Of a stretch of DNA of 64,000 nt, positions 9,873 to 18,625 are shown one piece after another; the stretch's first letter is position 1; every line of letters starts with the position of its first letter. The notes below the pieces were generated by a model. That model had not been told where the DNA came from. It worked only from the letters and a program-made list of their open reading frames with translations, and did no database searches. The stretch lies in the IMG/VR virus record IMGVR_UViG_3300037067_027626. One strand, 5' to 3'. The DNA is from a virus (lineage: Duplodnaviria > Heunggongvirae > Uroviricota > Caudoviricetes). The position numbers and the translations under genes are program-made.

Positions 9873-10799
9873 TTAAGAATAACCGAGTCTTGCCTTTACT
9901 AATTTACGACATAATACATCAGCCTCTTTTCTATTCGGTGAATGTGGTAGTGACGACAGTATATCATTAAAGTTGGAATCTACATCTTCTCCTAACATAG
10001 TCATTAGTTCATCGTAGGAAAATTTGCCGTTGCGAATATCTCTTATAAATTGAGCGTCAGGTCTGGGGAAAGTTATTTTACCACAACTTAATAATTCCCG
10101 CCCTTCACTTATCAATCTGAATAAATGAGAGGCGTGTTTTGTATCATAACCATAATGAGCTTCTAAGTCTGCCCTGTCCTTATTGCGGTTTGTTTGCCAT
10201 TCCTTATATTTACCCCAATAAGTATTGGCGTTAATAAAAGCCTTTTCTTTGCGTAGTACTTCTAAAACAGGGACACTCAATTCGATATTTTCGCCGTGAG
10301 CCAACAACTCATCATAAGCACCTATTTGGTCTTTAGTAATGGTATTGGTATCAGGTAAACCAAACTCTTGCCGTGTGGGTTTATGTGTTGGCGGATGTAA
10401 TAGCCATTCTCTATGCTGTTTAATTCTATGAAGTTGTGAAACCGCATATCCTGAGAATGTATGCTTCGCTTTAGTAGATAAGAATAAGAAACGATTAGCG
10501 ATTATTTCCTCCCATTCAGGAGTAAAGATTTCTGTATAATCTGAATAGATAGGGATAAATAGCAACTCTAGTATATTGGGATTATTGTCCAAGCATAGTT
10601 GAAAGAATTTGGTAATTTCCCAAAATATTTCATCGGGCTTATAGGACTCTACCTGTTCTACCTTTTCTAAATAACCTAAGTAGAATTCCTCAGTAGGAAT
10701 AATAACTCCTCTAATATCTAAGTCAGACGATGGTGTGGCTGTCCCATATAAGTGAGAGCCAGTTATACATTTACAGATTACCTTAAAACGATTATCCAT
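9873..10799 (-). CDS. Pol-beta-superfamily nucleotidyltransferase
   Basis: Contains the GSHLYGTATPSSDLDIRGV motif (GS...D.D) near the N-terminus. Confidence 0.5.
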   Translation of the reverse strand: MDNRFKVICKCITGSHLYGTATPSSDLDIRGVIIPTEEFYLGYLEKVEQVESYKPDEIFWEITKFFQLCLDNNPNILELLFIPIYSDYTEIFTPEWEEIIANRFLFLSTKAKHTFSGYAVSQLHRIKQHREWLLHPPTHKPTRQEFGLPDTNTITKDQIGAYDELLAHGENIELSVPVLEVLRKEKAFINANTYWGKYKEWQTNRNKDRADLEAHYGYDTKHASHLFRLISEGRELLSCGKITFPRPDAQFIRDIRNGKFSYDELMTMLGEDVDSNFNDILSSLPHSPNRKEADVLCRKLVKARLGYS

Positions 10800-11417
10800 T
10801 TATTTAACTTCCTTATTCACTAACTGAAAGGAATTATCTCTACGTTTTCTTATTGGTATCCATTCTTTACCAACTATATGTGACCACCCTTCTCCCCTGG
10901 CGATACTTTCTATAGTGCTGTGATGTACTCCGAATACTTGTGAGGCATCTTTAGAATTCCATAAACCGCATGGTATTGATGCTCTTATAATACGGACAGC
11001 TTCATCAGTCAATTTAACTGAACCTTGTTTCTCGCCCATAGCAGTTCGTCCATGTTTTCTTTTATCCGCTTCATTGTCTGAGTAAGTCCCCCATAAAAGG
11101 TTATTAGGAATATTATTTAATTTGTTACCATCTAAATGACGAACTACGTATCCCTTTTGTGGTTTACTTCCATGAAAGTAATTACAAATTACTGAATGAA
11201 CTATCATACTAGTTCTTTTACTATCTATTATGAAACTAACAAAAGCATAACCATTACTACCAATACCTTCTTTTAGTCGAAAAGGCGATGGCTTTCTTGA
11301 CTGGTTCCTTGCGTTAGAATAACAATATATATGCCCATCGCTACCAGCTAAATATTTGTTGTTTGTGCCTTGTATAGGCAAAAGTTGTATATCCAAACCC
11401 ACGGATAATTCTTCCAT
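10800..11417 (-). CDS. HNH homing endonuclease (HNH_3/AP2-like)
   Basis: The motif HLDGNKLNNIPNNLLWGTYSDNEADKRKHG is present. The 5' end overlaps the upstream ORF. Confidence 0.55.
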   Translation of the reverse strand: MEELSVGLDIQLLPIQGTNNKYLAGSDGHIYCYSNARNQSRKPSPFRLKEGIGSNGYAFVSFIIDSKRTSMIVHSVICNYFHGSKPQKGYVVRHLDGNKLNNIPNNLLWGTYSDNEADKRKHGRTAMGEKQGSVKLTDEAVRIIRASIPCGLWNSKDASQVFGVHHSTIESIARGEGWSHIVGKEWIPIRKRRDNSFQLVNKEVK

Positions 11418-12226
11418 TGATAACCCTCTTTTTTATTAATATTATCCCAAAGTAATTTATATTCATTTAAGTTGTTACAACCCTCTTTATGGGCATCATC
11501 TTCTGTCATATTGTTCAAGTGTTGTACTTTTATATTTGTGATTTTAATGTGATAACGAGCTTCTTTCTCAAATATGAACATTGGGGAACGTAGATACCAG
11601 CCGCATTTTGTAGAATGTCCATTGATAACGATTAAGTCTTTTGGTTTGGTATCATTAAAATAAACAGGATATGCAGGTGTTTGTTGGTAACGGTGGAATG
11701 TCCATTCAGTTTTACCTGAATCGAAGTCCTTATAATTCCAAAAACCATAAGCATAATGAGGTTCTTTTATATATACAATTTCATTAAGGTGATAACGAGG
11801 CTTGATTAGAATTGGTTTATTATTTATATGGTCAAAAATAAAACTACCTAGATGTTCCCGTTGCTCAGATAAACAAGCAAAATGCCATTCATTAGGATTC
11901 TCATTTATTTCTTTTAATCCCGATAATCTACGAGTTTGAGTCTTCCTTTTCTCAACTATTGCTTTTATCATGTCGGGTTTAAATAAAATTCCGTTTATGC
12001 TTCTACCTTCCTTCCTTATAAAACATCCTGAGAAAACCTTATATTTTAATATTGGGGTTGAATCGGGATTGATTTTGCTATCCCAATATGCTACGCTATT
12101 AGTATAGCGATTCGGTAGGGGCACTCCCGTAGCGTCAAGAGACCTGCCAGCGTGGGTATCGCTACCCTTAAACGCTTTGGTGGCAGTCGCTAAGAATCCT
12201 CCTAATTCATTAGTGGGGAGTGTCAA
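11348..12226 (-). CDS. ASCH-domain protein with N-terminal shared module
   Basis: The internal MIKAIVEKRKTQTRR sequence is an ASCH signature. The N-terminal 60 aa are encoded by the second copy of the 97-nt block. The start is a TTG directly after the upstream stop codon. Confidence 0.45.
   Translation of the reverse strand: MTLPTNELGGFLATATKAFKGSDTHAGRSLDATGVPLPNRYTNSVAYWDSKINPDSTPILKYKVFSGCFIRKEGRSINGILFKPDMIKAIVEKRKTQTRRLSGLKEINENPNEWHFACLSEQREHLGSFIFDHINNKPILIKPRYHLNEIVYIKEPHYAYGFWNYKDFDSGKTEWTFHRYQQTPAYPVYFNDTKPKDLIVINGHSTKCGWYLRSPMFIFEKEARYHIKITNIKVQHLNNMTEDDAHKEGCNNLNEYKLLWDNINKKEGYQWKNYPWVWIYNFCLYKAQTTNI
12103..12199. repeat. copy 2 of 97-nt near-identical block
   Basis: Same block as at 3550-3646. 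Confidence 0.7.
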
Positions 12227-12502
12227 TTACTCTTTAAGGGATTGAACTAATTTATTAAAGAATCCCCATTGGCTATCGCCGATTACAACAACATCCCCAC
12301 TATCGGATGTACCTATATAACCCTCTCGTCTAGCCATATCTATGAGCTTTTGAATTTGAGCTTTGGCAGTATTGTGTGTCATACAAATAAGGCATTTTGT
12401 TGTTTGTGGATTATAAGCTGAACCATCAATACAATTCCCACCTTCGTTACACGGTAGTTTGATATTCTTTATTTCCTCATCTGTTAATAAATAATCACTC
12501 AT
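12227..12502 (-). CDS. hypothetical Cys-containing protein
   Basis: A 91-aa ORF. Confidence 0.4.
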   Translation of the reverse strand: MSDYLLTDEEIKNIKLPCNEGGNCIDGSAYNPQTTKCLICMTHNTAKAQIQKLIDMARREGYIGTSDSGDVVVIGDSQWGFFNKLVQSLKE

Positions 12503-12795
12503 AGAATTACTCTCCTGAATTTAGCTTTGAACATGTCTTTCTGAGCATTTCCCCATGCTTTACGAGGGTTTATATCTACCCAATCGGCAACGGGATTACT
12601 TGGTAAGCTCTGGTCTTTATCTAATTTCACATATCCAGATTCTTTAATGAGGGTGAGAATTTGGTTGGCTTTGCAGTCATCACAATCAACATATTTATTT
12701 ACACAGGTCACTATTTCTGCACCACCAACCATTTCAGTAGGACAAAAATTACCATAAACTATTTCTGCTATCTTTTCTTTTAATTCATCACTCAT
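12499..12795 (-). CDS. hypothetical protein
   Basis: A 98-aa ORF with a 4-nt overlap to its neighbour. Confidence 0.4.
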   Translation of the reverse strand: MSDELKEKIAEIVYGNFCPTEMVGGAEIVTCVNKYVDCDDCKANQILTLIKESGYVKLDKDQSLPSNPVADWVDINPRKAWGNAQKDMFKAKFRRVIL

Positions 12796-12971
12796 GTTTT
12801 ACCTCTATAAATACTTTATTTGCGGGGGTAATGCACCAGTAGATTGATTTAGGATAGTGGGGGGTAGCCCGTCAGGTATATAATGGTCTTCTTTTACATC
12901 TGGTCTATGAAGGCAGTTAGCACACATCACGCCTTCTGACTTACATCGCCCTGAATAAATACAATCTTTCA

Positions 12972-13967
12972 TTATTGTTTCACCTCATTGAGATATTTAG
13001 ATTTAAAGGCTTGCCACTCACCTTTTTCTACAAGGTATTGGCTATATTGCGTTTTATCTGAAATACCTTCATTATCTGGATTTAAAAGACTTTCGAATCT
13101 ATTAATCATCTCCCTAATCTTTTCTCGATAGAGAGAATCTATTTGCTTAGCTTTTACTAAATAGGTTTCTTTTCTAAATGGTGGTTCTAATTCCCAAGTT
13201 AGTTCATCTTGATTTCTGTATTTATTGAGATATATTATTTTTGCTACTTCTTTTTTAATATCCATTAGAGTCCTCACTTGGATTTGATAAACTTTAGGTT
13301 CAGGTATAAACATCCACTTCGCATTAGGATAAAATTCTTCGACAAACTGCTTAACTGGTATGGTTTCGCCTATTCTGTCGTATTGAATTTCTAAGCCTCT
13401 ATCGGGTCGTTGGTAGTCTATTACTGTTATAATGCGAGGATTTATATAATAGTTCTTATCGGCAATGAAGGCTGAAAGCCACCATTCTCCTCTTTTATCA
13501 GGTACATCAACCCATTTATTTTCCTCTAGTTGAGCTTTAAGATTAGAGATTTCAGTATTCTTTTTCTCAATTATGTCTAAACAAGAAGTAATTTCATTGA
13601 GTAGATTTTGTGAGTGTAGTCTGTGTTCCTTATCCTTTTCATCAATCTCAGAAACAAGTCTTACCTTGTCTATCTCTAATTGAAAGATATATTCGTTACG
13701 GTCAGTGAGAATTTTATCCTTTTCCTTAATAATTCTCTCTAATTTCAATTCCTGCCTGACTTCAGGTGCTTTAAAAGTCCCTCCGCATTCAGGTGGAGTA
13801 TTCTCGAATTCTACTTCTTCTATAGAAGTACCAACTGGTACTTTGCCTGTACCTTTACAATAAATACAATCTCTAGTCACCTTATTATCAAAAGCAGAGT
13901 GAGCAAAATACTCCTTACCCGTTCCACCACACTTTTTACAGATATTTTCTTGTGTCATTAATTCCAC
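12972..13967 (-). CDS. zinc-ribbon plus coiled-coil protein
   Basis: The N-terminus carries CKKCGGTG...CIYCKGTG, and the middle is a long coiled coil. Confidence 0.4.
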   Translation of the reverse strand: MELMTQENICKKCGGTGKEYFAHSAFDNKVTRDCIYCKGTGKVPVGTSIEEVEFENTPPECGGTFKAPEVRQELKLERIIKEKDKILTDRNEYIFQLEIDKVRLVSEIDEKDKEHRLHSQNLLNEITSCLDIIEKKNTEISNLKAQLEENKWVDVPDKRGEWWLSAFIADKNYYINPRIITVIDYQRPDRGLEIQYDRIGETIPVKQFVEEFYPNAKWMFIPEPKVYQIQVRTLMDIKKEVAKIIYLNKYRNQDELTWELEPPFRKETYLVKAKQIDSLYREKIREMINRFESLLNPDNEGISDKTQYSQYLVEKGEWQAFKSKYLNEVKQ

Positions 13968-14311
13968 CTCTCTATCTTTACTGGGAAAAACTTACATAGT
14001 ATCCAATACTTGAACCGATTAACAAGAGTACGCTTCACATTAAAAGGAAAGGTGAAATATACTCCTCCCTCTATATAAACGACTAAATTAGGTTGAGGTT
14101 GTTGTTCTTGTGTAACCTTCCAAGTAATTGCTTCTTGTTTATTTTCTGACATGTTATACCTCACTTAACTGAATAGGATACTTAACAACTGGATTCGCTT
14201 TATGTAGAAATCCATCTATCTCTAAGTAATACAGAACATAATACCAGTGAGTTCCATCAGTAGTATCATTTTCAACTTCGATTACCCAATACATTTTTCC
14301 ATCTCCATTTT

Positions 14312-15106
14312 TTATCCGAACATAGTGCATTGAGCATTATTTACTTTAGGTTCTCCTTTACGAGACAACCAAAATTGCCACATAGCCTCACCACTTTTAA
14401 ACTTATCCGTTCCTTCAGTGTGCTTATCCCAAAGCTTTAGAAATGCTCTATGCCAAGCCTCTGCGTATCGTGGGAATCTCTGTAATTCTATTTGAGTAAA
14501 ATCAGGTGTGTGCATTGGGCATAAGATACAACCTAATCGTCTGAATAACTTTTTACCGTTTGTTCCTTTTTCGTCATAAAGAGAGCAATATGGTACGTTA
14601 TATTTGCGGATAAATTCCCAAACTTCATATTCAGTCCAATCTATAATGGGATTAAGGAATCGTTTTGAATTATCATTTTCGCAAAGTTCAACCATCTTAC
14701 GGTTTTTACGTTGTGTAGATTCTTGCCATCTAATTCCAGTTACAATAGTATGCCCACTACCGTAAGATTCTTTCATCAATCGGCAACACCACCTAACTGT
14801 ACGAGTGGGAAAACCGTTGTGTTGGAACATATCCCAAAAGTTAGTTGATGGTCTATCCCAAATAACATCGGGATAAGATGTTTTAATCAATCTCATTAAC
14901 TCAGGAGGTTCTAATCCAGTGACATGAAAATGCCATTCAATCCGCATTTTAGATAATTTTCCTAAAGTATAAATAACTACACTATCTTTACCACCACTGA
15001 ATGTACCGTAATAAGGTAAAAAATCTAAAGGATGAAATTGTAGAAGCCTCATAATAGCGACTTCTACTTTATTCTTTCCATCAAAATTAAGTTTATTTAA
15101 TGACAT
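14312..15106 (-). CDS. PAPS-reductase family PP-loop protein
   Basis: Has the FSGGKDS PP-loop motif and C-terminal conserved Cys (RWCC...GCILCP) typical of phage PAPS reductase-like proteins. Confidence 0.65.
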   Translation of the reverse strand: MSLNKLNFDGKNKVEVAIMRLLQFHPLDFLPYYGTFSGGKDSVVIYTLGKLSKMRIEWHFHVTGLEPPELMRLIKTSYPDVIWDRPSTNFWDMFQHNGFPTRTVRWCCRLMKESYGSGHTIVTGIRWQESTQRKNRKMVELCENDNSKRFLNPIIDWTEYEVWEFIRKYNVPYCSLYDEKGTNGKKLFRRLGCILCPMHTPDFTQIELQRFPRYAEAWHRAFLKLWDKHTEGTDKFKSGEAMWQFWLSRKGEPKVNNAQCTMFG

Positions 15107-15109
15107 ATA

Positions 15110-15460
15110 TCTCCATTTTTATTAAGGGAGAAGGCTCGTTTTCACCACAGCTTCCTACTTTTATTCAGCAGACTAACGTCTCGTCAATGCTGTGTAACTT
15201 CTCCCACCCTTTGAGTAAGCCAGTAGACTGAGCGATTTCTACCATTGCACGTCCTTGATTAGTAAGGTCTTATCTCAACTATCTAACCATAACGCACTCT
15301 GCCCTTTTGGATGGCTTATCTCAAAGCTGCCTACTGTGAAGCTGAGGATTTGTTTTAATGTCACCTTAGATACGGATTTTGTTACTCTTTTCACCGCTTA
15401 CAAGTAACTATGTAAATGCGTCTACCTATTCCGCCACTTCACAGTAAGCTATTTAATTTG
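15110..15460 (-). ncRNA. candidate structured RNA (unclassified), about 340 nt ORF-free
   Basis: No ORF of 60 aa or more on either strand. Local GC is higher than surroundings. Several long-range complementary segments are present: cttactgtgaag/cttcacagtagg, gggagaag/cttctccc, gttact/agtaac. The strand is guessed from the flanking genes. Confidence 0.3.
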
Positions 15461-15655
15461 TTAAAGTCCTTTGATATTATTAATTTGCTCTTGGTTAACT
15501 TTTATATTAACATTTCTACAGGTTTTGGGATTTATAACTTTTGCTACATCCCATAAAGGAGAATGACAATGTGGGCATACCATTACGTCAGGTTTACGTG
15601 GGAACCAAATCCATCCACATCGTTTACAATTTAATTCCTTAATTTTTATCTTCAT
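15461..15655 (-). CDS. small zinc-ribbon protein
   Basis: Contains CKRCGW...CPHCHS. Confidence 0.35.
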   Translation of the reverse strand: MKIKIKELNCKRCGWIWFPRKPDVMVCPHCHSPLWDVAKVINPKTCRNVNIKVNQEQINNIKGL

Positions 15656-15706
15656 AATAATGATTATAAACTATAATATAGTCAATGTCAATACTATTTG
15701 CAATAT

Positions 15707-16066
15707 TTATTTAGTGCGTTTTTCTGGATGTTTTTCGTAAAGTTCATGGTCAGGGAAACATTCAAGAATACAATTTTCTCGGCAAGTTTTTCCGCCACGA
15801 CTTAAAGGAATTATATGTGAAAGTGTTATTCCCCTCCAATCCCTATTTTTATCTTTACATGTCATACAATGTTCACCGTGTTCTTTGATTAATTGTGCTT
15901 TTAATTCTGTGCGTTTTTGTAGTTCTGTTTTCTGTTTTGCGGATACTTTATTTATCGGCTTTTTTGCCAATCCATTGCCATAAGACAATAAATGTTTCTT
16001 ACTTCTTAGCGGAGTTTTTGTTCTGAGGGGCGTGTATTGGTTTAGGGTTGAATTAAAACGCCTCAT
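15707..16066 (-). CDS. small HNH-like nuclease
   Basis: Contains C..C...HIIPLSRGG..C..NC, an HNH-type motif. Confidence 0.4.
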   Translation of the reverse strand: MRRFNSTLNQYTPLRTKTPLRSKKHLLSYGNGLAKKPINKVSAKQKTELQKRTELKAQLIKEHGEHCMTCKDKNRDWRGITLSHIIPLSRGGKTCRENCILECFPDHELYEKHPEKRTK

Positions 16067-16285
16067 GCTTTTCTCTCATATCTTTTTAACATTATGGGTC
16101 TTAGTAATAAGTAAATGAACGCCAAAACCAACATTGAGGATAATAGCCATTCTCTTTTAGACATTAAATTACCACTCACCCAACCCATGAGTATATAAGG
16201 AAAATTCTCAATTATAGTTTTCATTTTTAACCCTCTCTTTAATTAACATATTCCATACCGAGATATTTATTTTGGGAATTATCCC

Positions 16286-16314
16286 TTGACATCGTGTATA
16301 AGGTGTGGTACAAT
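16286..16314 (+). promoter_or_regulatory. sigma70-type promoter TTGACA-N17-TACAAT for the transposase gene
   Basis: TTGACA lies at 16286-16291 and TACAAT at 16309-16314, with a 17-nt spacer. An AAGGGG ribosome-binding site follows before the ATG at 16338. Confidence 0.5.
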
Positions 16315-16337
16315 ACATGATGTAAGGGGTGAGAAAT

Positions 16338-17198
16338 ATGAACAAATACACAGTTAAAACTTTTGATAAAGAATTTCCGAATGATGATTCTTGTCTTGAG
16401 TGGATTAAGAATCATCGCTATCCTAACGGAATTGAATGCCCTATCTGTAAGAAAGTAACTAAACATCATAAGATGACTGGTCGTCCTGTTTATGAATGCG
16501 ATTATTGTGGGCATCAAATATCGCCAATGGCTAATACTATTTTTCACAAATCGCCTACTTCTTTGAGGACTTGGTTTCACGCTATCTTTTTGATGTCCAA
16601 TACAAGGTGTGGAATCTCTGCTAAACAACTTCAACGTGAGACTGGTGTTACTTATAAAACGGCTTGGAGAATGTTTAAACAGATTCGCACACTTCTCAAT
16701 GAAAGATATGGTATGTTTTCGGGAATGGTCGAAGTTGATGAAACATACGTTGGTGGTGCTAGGCAAGGCAAGCGTGGTCGTGGTGCAAGCGGTAAGACCA
16801 TCGTAGCGGGCATTGTAGAACGACAAGGCAAAGTTTCCGCTAGTGTCGTTTCTGATGTTAAATCTCACACCCTTATTCCCATGATTCAAGAAAAGGTTGC
16901 TCAAAATACCACTGTATTTACCGATGAAATGCCTAGTTATAATAGACTTGAGCAAGTTGGTTTTAACCATGAAGTCATTAACCATGCGAATAAGGTCTAT
17001 GTTGATGGTGAAATCCACACCAACACAATTGACGGCTTTTGGGCATTGGTTAAAGGTGGTATCAAGGGTGTTTATCATCATGTTAGTCCTGAATATTTAG
17101 ATTCCTATGTTAATGAATACGAATTTCGTTATAACCATCGCAAAGACGAAACACCTATGTTTCAGTCTTTTCTGAATCGGATTGAGCCTCACGCTTGA
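16338..17198 (+). CDS. IS1595-family (ISXO2-like) DDE transposase
   Basis: The N-terminus has the zinc ribbon CPICK...CDYCGH. Further motifs follow in the order expected for IS1595 transposases: SAKQLQRETGVTYKTAWRM, EVDETYVGG, HTNTIDGFWALVKGGIKGVYHHVS, and YVNEYEFRYNHR. An alternative GTG start lies at 16329. The antisense ORF 16239..17081 is rejected. Confidence 0.75.
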   Translation: MNKYTVKTFDKEFPNDDSCLEWIKNHRYPNGIECPICKKVTKHHKMTGRPVYECDYCGHQISPMANTIFHKSPTSLRTWFHAIFLMSNTRCGISAKQLQRETGVTYKTAWRMFKQIRTLLNERYGMFSGMVEVDETYVGGARQGKRGRGASGKTIVAGIVERQGKVSASVVSDVKSHTLIPMIQEKVAQNTTVFTDEMPSYNRLEQVGFNHEVINHANKVYVDGEIHTNTIDGFWALVKGGIKGVYHHVSPEYLDSYVNEYEFRYNHRKDETPMFQSFLNRIEPHA

Positions 17199-17215
17199 TA
17201 GGCTGTGAGGCTTTG
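17186..17215 (+). terminator. hairpin terminator after the transposase gene
   Basis: The stem gcctcac...gtgaggc is followed by tttg and overlaps the stop codon. Confidence 0.35.
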
Positions 17216-17257
17216 TCTAGTATGGCGTGAAAGTCTTTTTTGGTTATTCCAACATCT

Positions 17258-18142
17258 CTATTCCTTCTTTTTATTTTCTGCTTCGGGAATTGACTTAGAT
17301 TTTCCTTTTTTTGTTCCATATTTTTCACCTTTCGGTTCAACAATATCTCGCCAAGTTTTTATTTCTTTTTTTAAAGTGTCTAAATCTTCCATGAAGTGTA
17401 ATGAAAGTGGTGTATCATCTATAGCATATCGTTCTGCTTTTGTAAGTTCTATAATCTTTTTTGGAGAATCACTTTTTATGGCATAAACATCTAGACCTTC
17501 TACATCGTTATCAACTTCCCCTATCTTATGTATCAAACTAGCAATCATTAATCTTGCTTCGTAAATACTCATATTAGCATCATAGACATCATTGAGAACA
17601 AATTCAGCGTATGGGGCAGCAATACCAGTAGTAAAATATCGTTCAGTTCCTAATTCAGTTCCACCAGTGGTTGTTACATGACCTACAGTTGGTGTACTAT
17701 CTGCATCGATGGTTGCAAAAAGGATGGTAGTATCGAATTCTAAACCTTTACCAGTTATCTTGTCCGATAGTTTGCAAACATTAGTTTCAATAATATCTCT
17801 CCAATCATCACAACCCAAAGGAGACTCTATAATTTCAGGGTTTATTTCAACTAAAATTCTGTTTGCAAAATCATAATTCCCTGCGTAACAACATAATACT
17901 ATTCTCCCGTCTTTAAATTGGCTTGATACAATTTTTGTTTCAAGCGATTTTACGTGAGTACCTCTGTATCTAGTTACTTTCCTATCCGCTCCAATGACAA
18001 TACCATCTTTACAGGTCATGGCTATTCCGACAGTCACTCTTTTTAACCCCCTTTCTAGTTCGGTATCAGTTACTAATATGGGGCTTTGTTTATTTCTTGT
18101 CAATAATTTAGAATTATCGACAGCTTCATTGTAAGGTATCAT
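17258..18142 (-). CDS. proteasome beta-subunit-like / HslV-like Ntn-hydrolase with N-terminal propeptide
   Basis: The sequence TVGIAMTCKDGIVIGADRKVT places Thr1, Asp17 and about Lys33/34 at the catalytic-triad spacing of 20S beta subunits. Later motifs GNYDFANRIL and GIAAPYAEFVLND match the GxxADxxxxxxxL and GSGxxYAxGVLD signatures. Confidence 0.5.
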   Translation of the reverse strand: MIPYNEAVDNSKLLTRNKQSPILVTDTELERGLKRVTVGIAMTCKDGIVIGADRKVTRYRGTHVKSLETKIVSSQFKDGRIVLCCYAGNYDFANRILVEINPEIIESPLGCDDWRDIIETNVCKLSDKITGKGLEFDTTILFATIDADSTPTVGHVTTTGGTELGTERYFTTGIAAPYAEFVLNDVYDANMSIYEARLMIASLIHKIGEVDNDVEGLDVYAIKSDSPKKIIELTKAERYAIDDTPLSLHFMEDLDTLKKEIKTWRDIVEPKGEKYGTKKGKSKSIPEAENKKKE

Positions 18143-18477
18143 TTAGTTACCCCCTTTGAAGCTATACATGATATTAAGGGATAATTCCCTTTATTTTTAT
18201 TATATCCCAAAATTCTTGCAATGCTATTCGAAGGGATTGCGTCTTTATAATGGAATTTATAATATCCGCCCAATATTAACTCCGAATTGCCAGATAGAGT
18301 AACCATAGAACTGTTATCTAAATATACTTTTGTGGAAGTTGAGGTATGTTCAAATGCTATAACTTTGCCCTCTATAGTGTTATTAACATAGGTATAATCA
18401 GCAAAAGGATATAAGTATAATGGCGAGAAGAATAATAATAAACAACATGTGATGATTATATATTTAACCATTTTCAA
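18139..18477 (-). CDS. small secreted protein
   Basis: Has an N-terminal hydrophobic signal-like segment. Confidence 0.4.
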   Translation of the reverse strand: MKMVKYIIITCCLLLFFSPLYLYPFADYTYVNNTIEGKVIAFEHTSTSTKVYLDNSSMVTLSGNSELILGGYYKFHYKDAIPSNSIARILGYNKNKGNYPLISCIASKGVTK

Positions 18478-18625
18478 ACCTCACTTAATTCAAGTAGACT
18501 TTAATATTATCTTTTAAGTGTTGCCAACCTAGTATGAGGAAAAAGTATTCCTTAAATTCCTCATTTGAAAAAGGCTTTATTACTTTATATGGCTGTTTTA
18601 ATTGACGCTTAAATTTAAACATACT

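Larger units (their letters stand above)
16090..17256. mobile_element. IS1595-family insertion sequence (ends not resolved)
   Basis: A single plus-strand gene with its own promoter and terminator sits between two minus-strand phage genes. No convincing terminal inverted repeats or target-site duplication were found by eye. Confidence 0.35.

Noticed and set aside
16067-16285. Terminal inverted repeats / target-site duplication of the IS
   Set aside because: Candidate matches between 16100-16200 and 17215-17256 were too weak to call. Boundaries are left approximate.
16239-17081. 280-aa minus-strand ORF antisense to the IS1595 transposase
   Set aside because: It lies entirely inside the clearly recognisable plus-strand transposase gene. 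It has no ribosome-binding site and a low-complexity composition typical of a shadow ORF.
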